IMG/VR virus record: IMGVR_UViG_3300027991_000080 | Span: 1-64,000 of that record | Source of the DNA: a virus | Taxonomy: Duplodnaviria; Caudoviricetes | Strand: one strand, 5' to 3' | DNA length: 64,000 nucleotides | Notes under the pieces: model-generated | What the model saw: only the letters and a program-made list of their open reading frames with translations | The model's database searches: none | What the model was told of the DNA's origin: nothing | Made by a program: the position numbers and the translations under genes | Shown: in pieces, positions 17,621-27,598 of the stretch | Layout: the number at the start of each line of letters is the position of its first letter | How positions within the stretch are numbered: the stretch's first letter is position 1

Positions 17621-20395
17621 TCAAGTAGTTGCAGAAACGTGCCAAAGCGTGATGTGGTTGTTCCCGTTGCGAGCGACCAGCTTGCGCCCCCCTACCACCC
17701 GAGACCGCATCGCCCTCAGCTTGTACCCGAGCGTGGTGGCATCGGGCTTGCTAGGAGACGGACGCCCCTTCGGTTTGCAGAGCACCTCGATCGCGTCGCG
17801 GAGCGCTTCGAATTCCGACCATTCTGGAACTTGCTCGTATAGCGCCGAGATGATGTGTCGGGCCGCCACGCCCTCTGTGGGGCTCCCGGGAGCCAGGCTC
17901 ACGAGCTTTGCGTGCAGCATCGGAAGCTGGTCCAGGAGGCACGAGAGCGCCTGCGTTTCGACGTCTACGTCTTCGTCCCTCTCCGGCCTGGCAAGCATAG
18001 GGTCGGCGCCGCCGGCGAAGACGATCGCGTGAGGGATGAGCCGGCTCCACTCCTCGAAGGAGCCCCATCGAGCGCATCCCATGTCCGGGCGTCCAGCGCG
18101 CCAGTACGCGCGAAGAATCAGCAGAGCGGCTCCCACGAGTCGCGGGCGCTGCACTCGAATGAACTCGAGTAGGTCTTGATGCTTGAACGTGGTGCGCCGC
18201 TCGGGGCTTTCTTCCTGAGGCTCGAGACGGGCCATGAGAACTCGGCGCGACGTGTCGCCGAAGAGCGCCATGTTGTTGCCGGTGGCCATGATCAGCGCGC
18301 GCCAGGGGAGAGTGGGAACGTGTGACTTCCCGAGCACGCGGAGATCCACCTCGTCACGCGCCGTGATGCATCGATCGATCGGACCTCCACCGAATGGTCG
18401 CATTGCGGGAACGTTGTCGAGACAGATGAACGATGAACCCTTGAGCGCGTATCCGGCGAGGATCTTCTCGAGCTCTACCTCGTCGATCGTGTAGTTCATA
18501 CGCGGAGCTCCGCGCCCGGTCGCGATCATCGCGATTGCGTCTGTCTGAAGCGTCTTTCCGCTTCCTCTGGTTGAAGCGTCGAAGAGCACCGCTGGGATGC
18601 TTCCGTTGATGGCAGGGCGAGCTATCAGGGTCATGATCGCAGCGACGGGAACCGACCGATGCGAGGCGTTGACGTAGGGGAAGTCGGAAAAAATTCCGTT
18701 CAGCATTCCGAACGCCCACCGAGCATCTTCCTGAGAAGTGCGCTCGTCCTTCACTTCGGGAAAGTGACCGCTCGGTATGTACAGGTATCCTGTGTCCGGA
18801 TCGTAGCCAGGTCTCTGCGCAATGGTTCCGTTGGCTCCGAAGGTGGGTGTCTCCGTGATTCCGGTGAGCGTTCTGATGCCTGGCCAGTGCCCCTCATCGT
18901 GAATGTGTCCAACGATGTCGTCGGTCGGAAGAACGTTCTTGTATCCGCCCGACGATTCGACCCACTTCTGAAATATGGCGAACTTGCTCAAGCGCCCCTT
19001 GATCACCGCTCGAGTGAGGATCTGGATCTGTGGACTTCCTTCCACCAGCTGTCGATGAGTGACGGAGTCATCCGTGTCGATGGTGGGAGACTGTTCGCTG
19101 TCCGTCTTTGAAACCTTCGTGACGCTCACGAGTCTTCCGCTGCGCTGATACATGTTGTCGTCGGTGCGGAGCGCCTTCACAGATTCCAGTACATTCGTGT
19201 GAAGCTCAGTGCTTATTCGGATCGTGGGCCTTCTCTCGCGTACTTGCTGAGATGGTGGGATAGAGGACGGAGATGACTCCGGAGAACTTCCGTCCGCAGT
19301 AGCGGGAGCCGGATCCGCGAGCCATACCGGTTGTCGTACCTTCCCGCTCTCGCGCGTCTTCCGATCGGCGCTGTCGAGCGTCTTGCGCGACTCGCCTTCT
19401 CCGAGTCCGCACGCCTTTGCGGCCGACAGCATCTCGTCGTAGATCCATTGCCACTTGTGCCCCAGGTACACGCCGGCGCACTTCTCGAAGAGCATGCAGG
19501 CTTTCGCGTAGAGCGTGTTGTTGCGCATGCCCTCGGTGCAGGCAGCGAGCGCGCGGGCCTCGTTGTGGACCGCTGCCTCGAGCCATCGCTCGACTCGTGT
19601 TCGCGCGCGCCGATCTTCGCTGAGTGTCTTCGGTGTGTACTGGGAGATGATCTTGGGGAGCTCTGGCTCCGTCACCAAAACAGTTCCCCAGTGCACAGGC
19701 AGCTGCGCAATCGCACCTACTCGCGTCCACACGTAGCGCTTCCCGTTGGCGTGTAGTGACGGAGCGACGACGACTTGACCACCTTCCACCTTCACGTCGA
19801 CGCCGGGCTCTCCGCCGACTCCGGCGACGTTTACGAGGCGCTTAACGTCGATCTCCGGAGGCACCGTGAAAAAAAGTCGATAGCCACGCCCAGAGTCGCA
19901 GCGAGCCGTTTCCGGGAGCGGTCCGAGCTCCGTCTCAAGCTTCGCTCCACGATCTAGATCGTCGATGTCGACGGCGAGGATGTACTCGTCGACGCCGAGC
20001 TGCCGCCCGAGCACCATGCCGACATTCGGTTCGAAGGATAGTCGAGCGAGGTGATCGCGGATCCCCTCGATCGAGAAATCCCCTTTCGCCCAGTTCTTTG
20101 CGATGGGGTGCTTTCCCACGGACGAGGAGCCGTTTTTGGACTTACCGTGCGCCTTGCCGCAGGTGCATCCCCCGGAGTCGGTAGGGGCGTGAATCAGGAT
20201 CGGCTTGAGGCCGGCCGCGCAGTATTCGGCGACGGCTTCCTCAGCGGTCTCGACGGTCAGCAGAGAAGCCGGGAGTACTAGGCTGGGGCGATTTCGAACA
20301 GGAGGGAGATCAGGGAGATCGGGAGGGTTGCTATCAGTGTCACCAGTGCCATCCGTGATTTCTTCCACCACGCCGATCGTCCTTTCCTGACACAC
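17621..20395 (-). CDS. bifunctional primase-polymerase fused to a helicase-like ATPase
   Basis: CTCG...GKHP, NVGM, LAVDID, GVDVK...VVVAPSLHANG (Prim-Pol); TRGSGKT Walker A and ICLDNV Walker B. Confidence 0.9.
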   Translation of the reverse strand: MCQERTIGVVEEITDGTGDTDSNPPDLPDLPPVRNRPSLVLPASLLTVETAEEAVAEYCAAGLKPILIHAPTDSGGCTCGKAHGKSKNGSSSVGKHPIAKNWAKGDFSIEGIRDHLARLSFEPNVGMVLGRQLGVDEYILAVDIDDLDRGAKLETELGPLPETARCDSGRGYRLFFTVPPEIDVKRLVNVAGVGGEPGVDVKVEGGQVVVAPSLHANGKRYVWTRVGAIAQLPVHWGTVLVTEPELPKIISQYTPKTLSEDRRARTRVERWLEAAVHNEARALAACTEGMRNNTLYAKACMLFEKCAGVYLGHKWQWIYDEMLSAAKACGLGEGESRKTLDSADRKTRESGKVRQPVWLADPAPATADGSSPESSPSSIPPSQQVRERRPTIRISTELHTNVLESVKALRTDDNMYQRSGRLVSVTKVSKTDSEQSPTIDTDDSVTHRQLVEGSPQIQILTRAVIKGRLSKFAIFQKWVESSGGYKNVLPTDDIVGHIHDEGHWPGIRTLTGITETPTFGANGTIAQRPGYDPDTGYLYIPSGHFPEVKDERTSQEDARWAFGMLNGIFSDFPYVNASHRSVPVAAIMTLIARPAINGSIPAVLFDASTRGSGKTLQTDAIAMIATGRGAPRMNYTIDEVELEKILAGYALKGSSFICLDNVPAMRPFGGGPIDRCITARDEVDLRVLGKSHVPTLPWRALIMATGNNMALFGDTSRRVLMARLEPQEESPERRTTFKHQDLLEFIRVQRPRLVGAALLILRAYWRAGRPDMGCARWGSFEEWSRLIPHAIVFAGGADPMLARPERDEDVDVETQALSCLLDQLPMLHAKLVSLAPGSPTEGVAARHIISALYEQVPEWSEFEALRDAIEVLCKPKGRPSPSKPDATTLGYKLRAMRSRVVGGRKLVARNGNNHITLWHVSATT

Positions 20396-20409
20396 CAGAC
20401 AGAAGGACG

Positions 20410-20476
20410 AGACTAAGCGCCTCAGGGAACGGGCGTCAAGTTTCTGTTGCTAAACAGCGGCAACAATGTTTACAGT
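20410..20476. promoter_or_regulatory. back-to-back divergent sigma70-like promoters
   Basis: Minus: TTGACG-N18-TAGTCT (20439-20410); plus: TTGCTA-N18-TACAGT (20447-20476). Confidence 0.5.
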
Positions 20477-20654
20477 GAGTTCCGTGAAGCACGACGAATT
20501 TGTTGGCGTTCGCCTACCGCGTCAACTACGGGGGGCCATCGAACGAGAACGTCTGCGTATGAGCCGAGCGGCTGGCGCAGAGGTAAAACTGAGCGCGGTC
20601 ATTCGCGCAGCACTCGAGAAACAGTTTCAGCAGCGTCGCCGGAGGGCGGCTTGA
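20466..20654 (+). CDS. ribbon-helix-helix regulator
   Basis: FVGVRLPRQLRGAIERER...LSAVIRAALE; GTG 20484 is an alternative start. Confidence 0.7.
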   Translation: MFTVSSVKHDEFVGVRLPRQLRGAIERERLRMSRAAGAEVKLSAVIRAALEKQFQQRRRRAA

Positions 20655-20852
20655 TAATCCTGTCAGTGCTGGCGATCGTGGTCGGTGTTTCGTACGCGCT
20701 ACACTGCGCGGTTCGCTTCGGGTACTCGCAAGCGATGATACACGTGCTGGAGGATATGCGCGCGGAACTCGACTCTGTTAAAGGCGAGGAAGGGTTCGCT
20801 TTGGTGATTCGAATTGTCCAGCGAATCGAGGCGCGCAAAGTCGGGTGGACGG

Positions 20853-21365
20853 CTAGAAGTCGGTAACCAGGTTCATTGTACGAACCATCTCCGCCGCCTG
20901 CTCTCCCGTCATCACGTCTCGCGGATTGAGCGCGAACATCTCCGCAGTCTTGTGTCTTTGTAGCGATGCCGCTAACTGAAGACGGTTTGTCTTGGCGTCC
21001 GTCTTGAACAGTTCCTTCTTCTCCACCTGCCGCCTCCGCACCCGCTCGATGACCTCCGGGGCTTGTACCCGTTCGAGTTCCCTGCGGAGCTCCAGTTGCG
21101 CCGACAGCTCCAGTGACGATGCCGCCGCCAGGAGTGTCAGCATGACGCCTCCGAGCTCTTGGTGGGTCTCGCCGACGGGTCTCGAGTAGACGAACCCGAG
21201 CAGGTCACGAAGTATCTCCTCGGGGATCCGAATCGACTGGGCGAGCTCGAACGCCTCCTCGAGAAAACGAAGCGCTCGCTCCTTCGGGTTTCTGAGCGAC
21301 TCTTCCCCGAGCGCCAGCTTGACCCACTCGTCGACTTGGGATTGCAAATTTTCTAGCGGATTCAT
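20853..21365 (-). CDS. MazG-like NTP pyrophosphohydrolase
   Basis: ERALRFLEEAFEL...HQELGGV: EExxE and ELxx pattern. Confidence 0.65.
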   Translation of the reverse strand: MNPLENLQSQVDEWVKLALGEESLRNPKERALRFLEEAFELAQSIRIPEEILRDLLGFVYSRPVGETHQELGGVMLTLLAAASSLELSAQLELRRELERVQAPEVIERVRRRQVEKKELFKTDAKTNRLQLAASLQRHKTAEMFALNPRDVMTGEQAAEMVRTMNLVTDF

Positions 21366-21877
21366 CGCGGCCGTCCGCTCTGCGCGTACTTCTCTTGCGC
21401 GTCGATCGCCAGGTCGAGACATTCGAGCGGATCGAGACCGAGATCATCGATCCATCGAATCGTAGAGAAGATGATGTTGCCGAGCTCTTTCTTGAACTCG
21501 CGCTGCTGCTCGTCACTGAAAGCCGCGTAACCGGCGTCGCGACAAACGCGCGCCATGTCTCCGATCCCGACCATCATCCGGAGAACAATGTCCCCGGTGC
21601 CGCCACGCAGAGGCGTGTATCCCCAGATCTGCCGCCCCTGCACGCGCAGCGCCGCAATGCCTGCGTGTACCTGTTCTCGAACCTTTTCGTGCTTCCTGAT
21701 GTCCACTTCCACTGTCTCGCTCCTCTTGCAATTCGGATATTGCTCGCAAACACAATCGCTGTCGGCGCCGTCGATACTGAAGAACTGCGCCGGTGCGTTG
21801 CAGCGTTTGCAGAAGAATCCGTATCGAGCGGCTTCTTCTGACGAAATTTCTCGGTCAACACGAGTCGAGGTCGTCAT
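21362..21877 (-). CDS. Zn-ribbon plus MazG-like helical domain protein
   Basis: CKRC...CVC N-terminal; VGIGDMAR...KKELGNIIF...LGLDP C-terminal. Confidence 0.5.
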   Translation of the reverse strand: MTTSTRVDREISSEEAARYGFFCKRCNAPAQFFSIDGADSDCVCEQYPNCKRSETVEVDIRKHEKVREQVHAGIAALRVQGRQIWGYTPLRGGTGDIVLRMMVGIGDMARVCRDAGYAAFSDEQQREFKKELGNIIFSTIRWIDDLGLDPLECLDLAIDAQEKYAQSGRPR

Positions 21878-22072
21878 GGCGATGGCGTCCCGCTGTACTG
21901 CCGATCGATCCACTGGAGCATTTTTGTCATCTCATCTGGATCGGAAGATCTGCGCCACGCATACCTGGTGCCATCGATAGCGACCAGCGAAGCGTCCACG
22001 AACCCGCCTCCGTCTCCAGAGTCAAACAGTACACTCATCTCAGAGACGGAGGAGATGCTAGTGAGACCCATT

Positions 22073-22726
22073 TTACCAGTCCGTCGACTCGCCGCCGTAT
22101 TCAACCCATCCGTATCCGTGGATCGTAGTGAACATCGGCATCGTACAGACGATGGCGGAATACCCGTTCGCGTAGGTGGCTCCGTGCGACCACGGCTCTT
22201 GCGGTACGTTCGGGTACGGGATCGTCAGATTGATCCGCTGGTAGTTCTGCGTCGCTGGCGTCGGCGTCGAGGTGAACGGACCGAGCTCCGCCCAGGTCTT
22301 CACGAGTCCGTTCAGCGTGTACGCGCCAGTTGTGTTCTCGAGGCGACACGAGATTTTGCGGTCAGGAGGAGGACTCACGATGGCACCGATCTCTACGTCG
22401 ACCCAGGCACCGCGAGGTCCCACGCCGTCTTGGTATCGGTCACGACTGATCGGGCAGGTCACGTCGCAGGTGTCGGTCGGTGATCCGCCGTGAACGATGA
22501 GCTGGTGAGTGCCTGTGGTTACCGTCAGGTTTTGCAGTCCAGCAACGGTTGTCGGTATGAAGGTGCACGCCGAGATCTTGCAGGCCGATCCGGCCATCTG
22601 CTTCGAGTCGTAGACGGCAGGCACCGCGGGCGATGCGTCCGCAGGAGGCACAAGTGGTGTGCCGATGCCGACAGAAATCAGAACGGCTCCGAAGAGAACG
22701 AGGAAAATAGCCAGGATGTTTCTCAT
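22073..22726 (-). CDS. secreted Cys-containing beta protein, paralog A
   Basis: N-terminal hydrophobic signal; shares long blocks with 22739-23395. Confidence 0.8.
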   Translation of the reverse strand: MRNILAIFLVLFGAVLISVGIGTPLVPPADASPAVPAVYDSKQMAGSACKISACTFIPTTVAGLQNLTVTTGTHQLIVHGGSPTDTCDVTCPISRDRYQDGVGPRGAWVDVEIGAIVSPPPDRKISCRLENTTGAYTLNGLVKTWAELGPFTSTPTPATQNYQRINLTIPYPNVPQEPWSHGATYANGYSAIVCTMPMFTTIHGYGWVEYGGESTDW

Positions 22727-22738
22727 TTGTGTTTCCTT

Positions 22739-23395
22739 TCACCAGTCAGTTGACTCACCCGCGTACTCGGTCCAGCTATACCCCTCTATCCGTGTACCCC
22801 ACGGAATAGTGCAGTCGATCGAAGAGTAACCGTTGGCGTAAGTCGCTCCGTGTGCCCACGCTGTCTGCGGGACGTTAGGGTACGGGATCGGGAGATCGAT
22901 GCGCTGCGTGCCGTGCGATGTCGGTGTGAGCGTTAGCACAGTCGGACTGTTCGGACTGATCTCTCGCGTGAGCGAGCCGTTGAGCATGAACGTACCGGTG
23001 GTTTCGCTGAGGGTGCAGTAAATATTTCTGCCTCCTGGTGACGACGAGACGGAGTTCACTTGAATCTCGATCCATGCTCCGCGAACCCCTACGCCGTCTT
23101 GGATCCTATCGCGGATGATCGGGCAGATGTATCCGCACGTGTCAGTCGGTCCCGCCTGAGGTCCCCAGGCGATGCCTAGAGAGTCCACTCCGGTAGCCTC
23201 GACATTGTACAGCCGATCCAATGTCATTGTCGCCGAGCATCCGTGCGGTACGCACGCCGAGCCGGGCATGTTCTTCGTGTCATACACCGCTGGGACTGCA
23301 GGTGTCGCGCGAGCGACAGCTGAATAGCGGAGCGCGACAGACATCACTACGAATCCGAGGATGATCAGACAGAGTGAGCTGACTTTCTTTTTCAT
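22739..23395 (-). CDS. secreted Cys-containing beta protein, paralog B
   Basis: Signal peptide; PAVPAVYD, TDTC, QDGVG.RGAW, IPYPNVPQ, HGATYANGYS, GESTDW shared with paralog A. Confidence 0.8.
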   Translation of the reverse strand: MKKKVSSLCLIILGFVVMSVALRYSAVARATPAVPAVYDTKNMPGSACVPHGCSATMTLDRLYNVEATGVDSLGIAWGPQAGPTDTCGYICPIIRDRIQDGVGVRGAWIEIQVNSVSSSPGGRNIYCTLSETTGTFMLNGSLTREISPNSPTVLTLTPTSHGTQRIDLPIPYPNVPQTAWAHGATYANGYSSIDCTIPWGTRIEGYSWTEYAGESTDW

Positions 23396-23404
23396 GACTT
23401 CCTT

Positions 23405-23698
23405 TCAGGCCAGGCCTACGCCTGACTTCTTTCCGAAGATGCGATCGTACCCCTTGCGGTACGCCGGCGTCGACACCTGTGCGGGCCCGTTGCGGTAGAT
23501 CACTTCGACGTTGCGCCATCCGTCGGCGTCTTCCTTGCCGACATTGACGAGTTCTTCACCGGGTGACATCGGAGTGCCTTCTTGGATCTCGTGGAAAGTG
23601 CCCACCTCGTACTCCCCCTCAACTCCGCGGTTTCGAACTACTTGGCGCACGCCGTCTACCTGCGGCCCCAGGCGCACTCTGTCGATCGTGCGTTTCAT
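23405..23698 (-). CDS. hypothetical protein
   Basis: Coupled operon gene. Confidence 0.55.
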   Translation of the reverse strand: MKRTIDRVRLGPQVDGVRQVVRNRGVEGEYEVGTFHEIQEGTPMSPGEELVNVGKEDADGWRNVEVIYRNGPAQVSTPAYRKGYDRIFGKKSGVGLA

Positions 23699-24075
23699 GG
23701 AATTCCAGGGATAGCTCTCGACAGTTCATAGAGGTGCAAGTGCCTCACGATTTCGTCGACAGACATTCCTGTCATGTCGATGGTGGGCTTTCTGTCCTGG
23801 GTCGCCCACCCGCCTTCGAGTTGCATTCCGGATGACATTTCAGGTCCAGTGTACCAGAGCTCATCAACGCGAGAGATCTGCGCGCGATCGATGTCCAGGC
23901 CTAGGTAGCGCTTACCCTCATCCCAATATCGAGCAAGGATGATCCATGAGCAGTGCGGGACAATCGGCAGTCGCTCGGACAGGTCGGCGACAAGTTTTCC
24001 GGCCGCTTCGATGTTCGCCGCTCGGTCAGGGCTCGAGAGACGATGGGCAATGTAGACGTGTAGCCGTTCGGTCAT
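23695..24075 (-). CDS. DUF4406/NDT-fold-like protein
   Basis: VYIAH..S...ANIEAA...IVPH...ISRVDELW...SSGMQLE. Confidence 0.6.
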   Translation of the reverse strand: MTERLHVYIAHRLSSPDRAANIEAAGKLVADLSERLPIVPHCSWIILARYWDEGKRYLGLDIDRAQISRVDELWYTGPEMSSGMQLEGGWATQDRKPTIDMTGMSVDEIVRHLHLYELSRAIPGIP

Positions 24076-24551
24076 TTTGACTGTTCCGCAGGGTGTCGGG
24101 GCCACGCTCCAAAGAGTCCAATGATCATGTTCTGCACCATCGCATCAGGATCGAAGTCTTTCAGTTTTCCGTTCATCGTTGAGCACCGGATGGCGTAGCG
24201 TGCAGCGGTGCGTATTTGATCGAACAGAGGTTTTGATTCAAGCCCGGAGAAGGCGACACCGCGAAAAGGCGCCGGCGGCTCTTCGCGCCCCTCGGTGTAG
24301 AGCCAGTGGTCTTTCGGAAGCGGCATCGACGCGATGAAGCATCCGCTCCCGTCTGGAAGACGAACAGGCTCGGTCGCCGTTGGGATTTCGTGCGACGTCC
24401 ACACGGTGCGCCCCTCGAGCATCACCTCGATTCCGTCGTCGCGCATCGCGACACCGAAGAGGCCCATCGGAGCACGAAACCCGACGCCGTTGAAAACTTC
24501 GTAAAACACGATTGTTGGCTCCCCGCCAACGAGTTCTGCTTCGACCTTCAT
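24072..24551 (-). CDS. hypothetical protein
   Basis: ATG 24551 coupled to upstream stop. Confidence 0.55.
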   Translation of the reverse strand: MKVEAELVGGEPTIVFYEVFNGVGFRAPMGLFGVAMRDDGIEVMLEGRTVWTSHEIPTATEPVRLPDGSGCFIASMPLPKDHWLYTEGREEPPAPFRGVAFSGLESKPLFDQIRTAARYAIRCSTMNGKLKDFDPDAMVQNMIIGLFGAWPRHPAEQSK

Positions 24552-25033
24552 GGCTTGGCTCCCAGTCCGCCGGTGCTCGCTTCGAATTCCTGGATACCTT
24601 GATAGATCGCAGCGCGCATGTTGATAAATCCGACAACTCCTCCGTGCATCATTGCGCGCAAGTACATTGCAAGCGGAGTGGCGTGGCCGTCTCCCGGGAT
24701 ACCTTGCGAATCCTCGTGTTCGATAACTCGCCACGCCAGAGCACGCCAGACGACATCCGTTTTGCTTGAGAGATCTTCCTCCGACAACTCGAAGACCCGT
24801 CGCCGCTCCTCCTCGCGAAACGTGTACCAAAGCGCCGACTTCAGATCGCGCATCGGCGTCTCGCTCTGCTTGAGCCCACACCGCCAGATGTACTTGACGG
24901 CGTTGCCGAGGTTGAGAGGCAAGTGTTCAATGAGCTCGATGCACTCGATGTTCGAGCCGTGCTGGTTGTAATGACGGGGGTGGTTCACCCGCTCGTTTGG
25001 ATCTTCACTCTGCGTTGTCGGCATGCTTCGCAT
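24548..25033 (-). CDS. DUF3310-family phage protein
   Basis: VNHPRHY, IECIE, GNAVKYIWRCGLK, DLKSALWY. Confidence 0.85.
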   Translation of the reverse strand: MRSMPTTQSEDPNERVNHPRHYNQHGSNIECIELIEHLPLNLGNAVKYIWRCGLKQSETPMRDLKSALWYTFREEERRRVFELSEEDLSSKTDVVWRALAWRVIEHEDSQGIPGDGHATPLAMYLRAMMHGGVVGFINMRAAIYQGIQEFEASTGGLGAKP

Positions 25034-25649
25034 CTTCCTTCATCCGCTCCAATGCGGCGTTCGTAAAAATGGCCACCTCGTTCGCAGTCGCCGGTCTCGG
25101 TTCTGCCGACACCCACTCCTCCCCGATCGGCCAGCAAACGGTTGCGTGATCCGGATCGGGTAGCGGGCGTCGGGTGACAATGGTGACGGTACCGTCTTCT
25201 GGGAACGACTCGTGAAGCAGCAACGCCTCTTCGGTATACTTGTCGCCGGCGACGTAGGAGTGCTCGCGCGAGCGCAGACGTACCGGGCGCGGAGCAAAAT
25301 CGGGAACGAGACCTCCGCCTTCGCCGCAACGGATGCGGCCGAGCGTGTGGGTAGGGGGGTCTACCGCGTAGGCGTCACGGATGTGGTTCGGTTTCCAGGA
25401 CGTACCGAATCCGTCGAACGCTACGTCCCAGATCCGATTGACGACCCACCCACAGACGATCTCCGATTCGAAATCCCACGGGTGACTGTGGATCGTAGAA
25501 ACGTTTTTGACAGCGAACCGCGGACACCAGATGTGCATCCGCACGTCCGACGACAGGTAGAGACGCAGCATCCCGAGCCCTTGGTAGGACCATCGGTATC
25601 GGTTGCCTTGCTCGAGGATGCGGGTGACGAGGAGCTGAGTCGTGTTCAT
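25005..25649 (-). CDS. cupin-like protein
   Basis: RMHIW...IHSHPWDFESEIVCG, later LLHES. Confidence 0.55.
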   Translation of the reverse strand: MNTTQLLVTRILEQGNRYRWSYQGLGMLRLYLSSDVRMHIWCPRFAVKNVSTIHSHPWDFESEIVCGWVVNRIWDVAFDGFGTSWKPNHIRDAYAVDPPTHTLGRIRCGEGGGLVPDFAPRPVRLRSREHSYVAGDKYTEEALLLHESFPEDGTVTIVTRRPLPDPDHATVCWPIGEEWVSAEPRPATANEVAIFTNAALERMKEDAKHADNAE

Positions 25650-25729
25650 CTCCGAGCCACTCTACCGCCCATCCCGCCTCCGGTCAATTCTATTGTTTTC
25701 AACGTCCACAACTGCTAGCATTCGTCGCC

Positions 25730-26716
25730 ATGGGATATGCCTGCAAAATTCTCGCTGATTCAATCTCACTCGCCGGCCATCGAATCACGACATTCGAGGT
25801 GACGTTTCCTCGCATCGTGCTCGCGGAGGTCAACACTCACTGCATGCTCGCGCGCTGTAGCGCTAGCTCACGAGCTCAACCGGTACCGAAGAAGATCAAC
25901 GCCGTTCAACTCGATCCGTTCATTCCGGAAGCGTTTGGGCGCAACCAGAAGGGCATGCAGCCAGGAGAAGCGCTCGATGGACAGGAAGATCGGAAGGCGC
26001 GAGAGCTCTGGGTAACCGCTGCCTCTGACGCCGTCTATAACGCCGGCAGGCTCGCAGCACTCGGCGTGCATAAGCAGTACGCGAACCGCCTTCTCGAGCC
26101 GTTCAGCTGGCACACGGCCGTCATCACGGCGACGGAGTGGGACAACTTCGAACACTTGCGCGTGAACCCGATGGCGCAGGGCGAGTTCCAGACGATCGCA
26201 CGGATGATGAAGGAAGCGCGCGAGCATAGCGAGCCGCGCAAGCTGCTCGAGGATGAGTGGCACATGCCGTACGTCGGATTCCACGAGGGGATCGAGCTAC
26301 AGAAGGACGCGATCAATCCGGTGAAGGTGTCGGTTGCTCGCTGCGCTCGCGTCTCGACTCTCACCCAAGATGGCGTCAGGGACTCTCGCGCAGACGTCGC
26401 GCTGTACGAGCGCCTTCTCGAGTCGGGGCACATGTCTCCGCTGGAGCATGTTGCGCGACCGATGACGAAGTGGGAACTTCTTATTACCGAATCTTTCGAT
26501 ATCGCGCTCGATGACGGACCGATCTTGCGCGTGGCCTCTTCATCCTTAGACAAGGCCCCAACGATCGGTGATACCTGGAGGACGGAAGACAGTCTGAAAA
26601 CGATCACCTATGCCAGGGGTCCGGTTCACTTTTCTGCAAAATTCAACGGCTGGGTCTCGCGACGCCAGTTCGTACACGGGGAGCATGATATCCTCGGACA
26701 CCGAGCCGCAAAATGA
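25730..26716 (+). CDS. thyX: FAD-dependent thymidylate synthase
   Basis: RIVLAEVNTH..ARCSASSRA, HKQYANRLLEPF, SVARCARVS, GHMSPLEH. Confidence 0.85.
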   Translation: MGYACKILADSISLAGHRITTFEVTFPRIVLAEVNTHCMLARCSASSRAQPVPKKINAVQLDPFIPEAFGRNQKGMQPGEALDGQEDRKARELWVTAASDAVYNAGRLAALGVHKQYANRLLEPFSWHTAVITATEWDNFEHLRVNPMAQGEFQTIARMMKEAREHSEPRKLLEDEWHMPYVGFHEGIELQKDAINPVKVSVARCARVSTLTQDGVRDSRADVALYERLLESGHMSPLEHVARPMTKWELLITESFDIALDDGPILRVASSSLDKAPTIGDTWRTEDSLKTITYARGPVHFSAKFNGWVSRRQFVHGEHDILGHRAAK

Positions 26717-26982
26717 ACCATCGAGAAAAAACCAAGAAACTGATCGAGCTCGCCTCCGACGAGCGCACGCCGAAGGAAGAGCGAGCGGTCGCTGCGGTGC
26801 AGGCGGTCGCGCTCATCCACAAGTACGACTTGCTCTCGAGTCCGCTCGACGGAATCGCTGACATCGACAACGACACCGTACAGGCCGCTCGGGCCATCTA
26901 TGAGACGTTCACCAATCCGAGCGTTGCTAGCGCTTTCAAGAAGGTGGGCGCCAAGCTCAAGAAGAGACGGTCTGGTCGGTAG
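26713..26982 (+). CDS. hypothetical protein
   Basis: Coupled to thyX. Confidence 0.55.
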   Translation: MNHREKTKKLIELASDERTPKEERAVAAVQAVALIHKYDLLSSPLDGIADIDNDTVQAARAIYETFTNPSVASAFKKVGAKLKKRRSGR

Positions 26983-27215
26983 ACCCTGGCGGGGGTACCA
27001 TCTGGATCATGGCCACACGTCATCAAGTGATCTCGAAGCCGAAGAAAAAGAAGAAGCAGGACTCCGCCACGACGAAGCATCGTATGCAGCAGTTGTGGAA
27101 GAAGGCTACCGGAGGCGTGCGCAGCAGCAACTCTCGCTGAGTTTCAGGTAGAGAGCGAAGACCGGCCACGCGACTAGGCAGACGCCAAGGAAGGCGGCGT
27201 CTGCGGCGGTGAGTT

Positions 27216-27386
27216 TCATCGTTTTCCTTCCTTCTCGAGTCGCTCTACGCCCATCGTCGCCGCCAAGCGCAGCACCTCGGCACGGGTGACGTCGATCCCG
27301 GGGCGTGACATGCGCTTCGCGATCTTGTCGATCCGTTCGATGAGGTTCTCTGGAAGTCGGATGCCGGTGTGGACTTGCTTACTCAT
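27216..27386 (-). CDS. ribbon-helix-helix regulator
   Basis: VHTGIRLPENLIERIDKIA...RAEVLRLAA. Confidence 0.75.
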   Translation of the reverse strand: MSKQVHTGIRLPENLIERIDKIAKRMSRPGIDVTRAEVLRLAATMGVERLEKEGKR

Positions 27387-27598
27387 GTGGATTTTTTCTG
27401 GGCGTGTTCCGGACACCATACATCACCGTCCCTACAAGCCCACTCGGATCCTCCGCCGTCAGGCTTGAGCGGGAAATCGATATCACGATATAGAACCGGA
27501 TCCATGTGATCTGGTCCAGTGTAGGCGATTGCTGTTGCAGTGGTGTATCGCTTGCAATCCTGGTTTCCGCAATGAGCCACGATAGGAGCGCGGATCAT
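27383..27598 (-). CDS. small Cys-containing protein
   Basis: CGNQDC...WCPEH; coupled. Confidence 0.5.
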   Translation of the reverse strand: MIRAPIVAHCGNQDCKRYTTATAIAYTGPDHMDPVLYRDIDFPLKPDGGGSEWACRDGDVWCPEHAQKKST

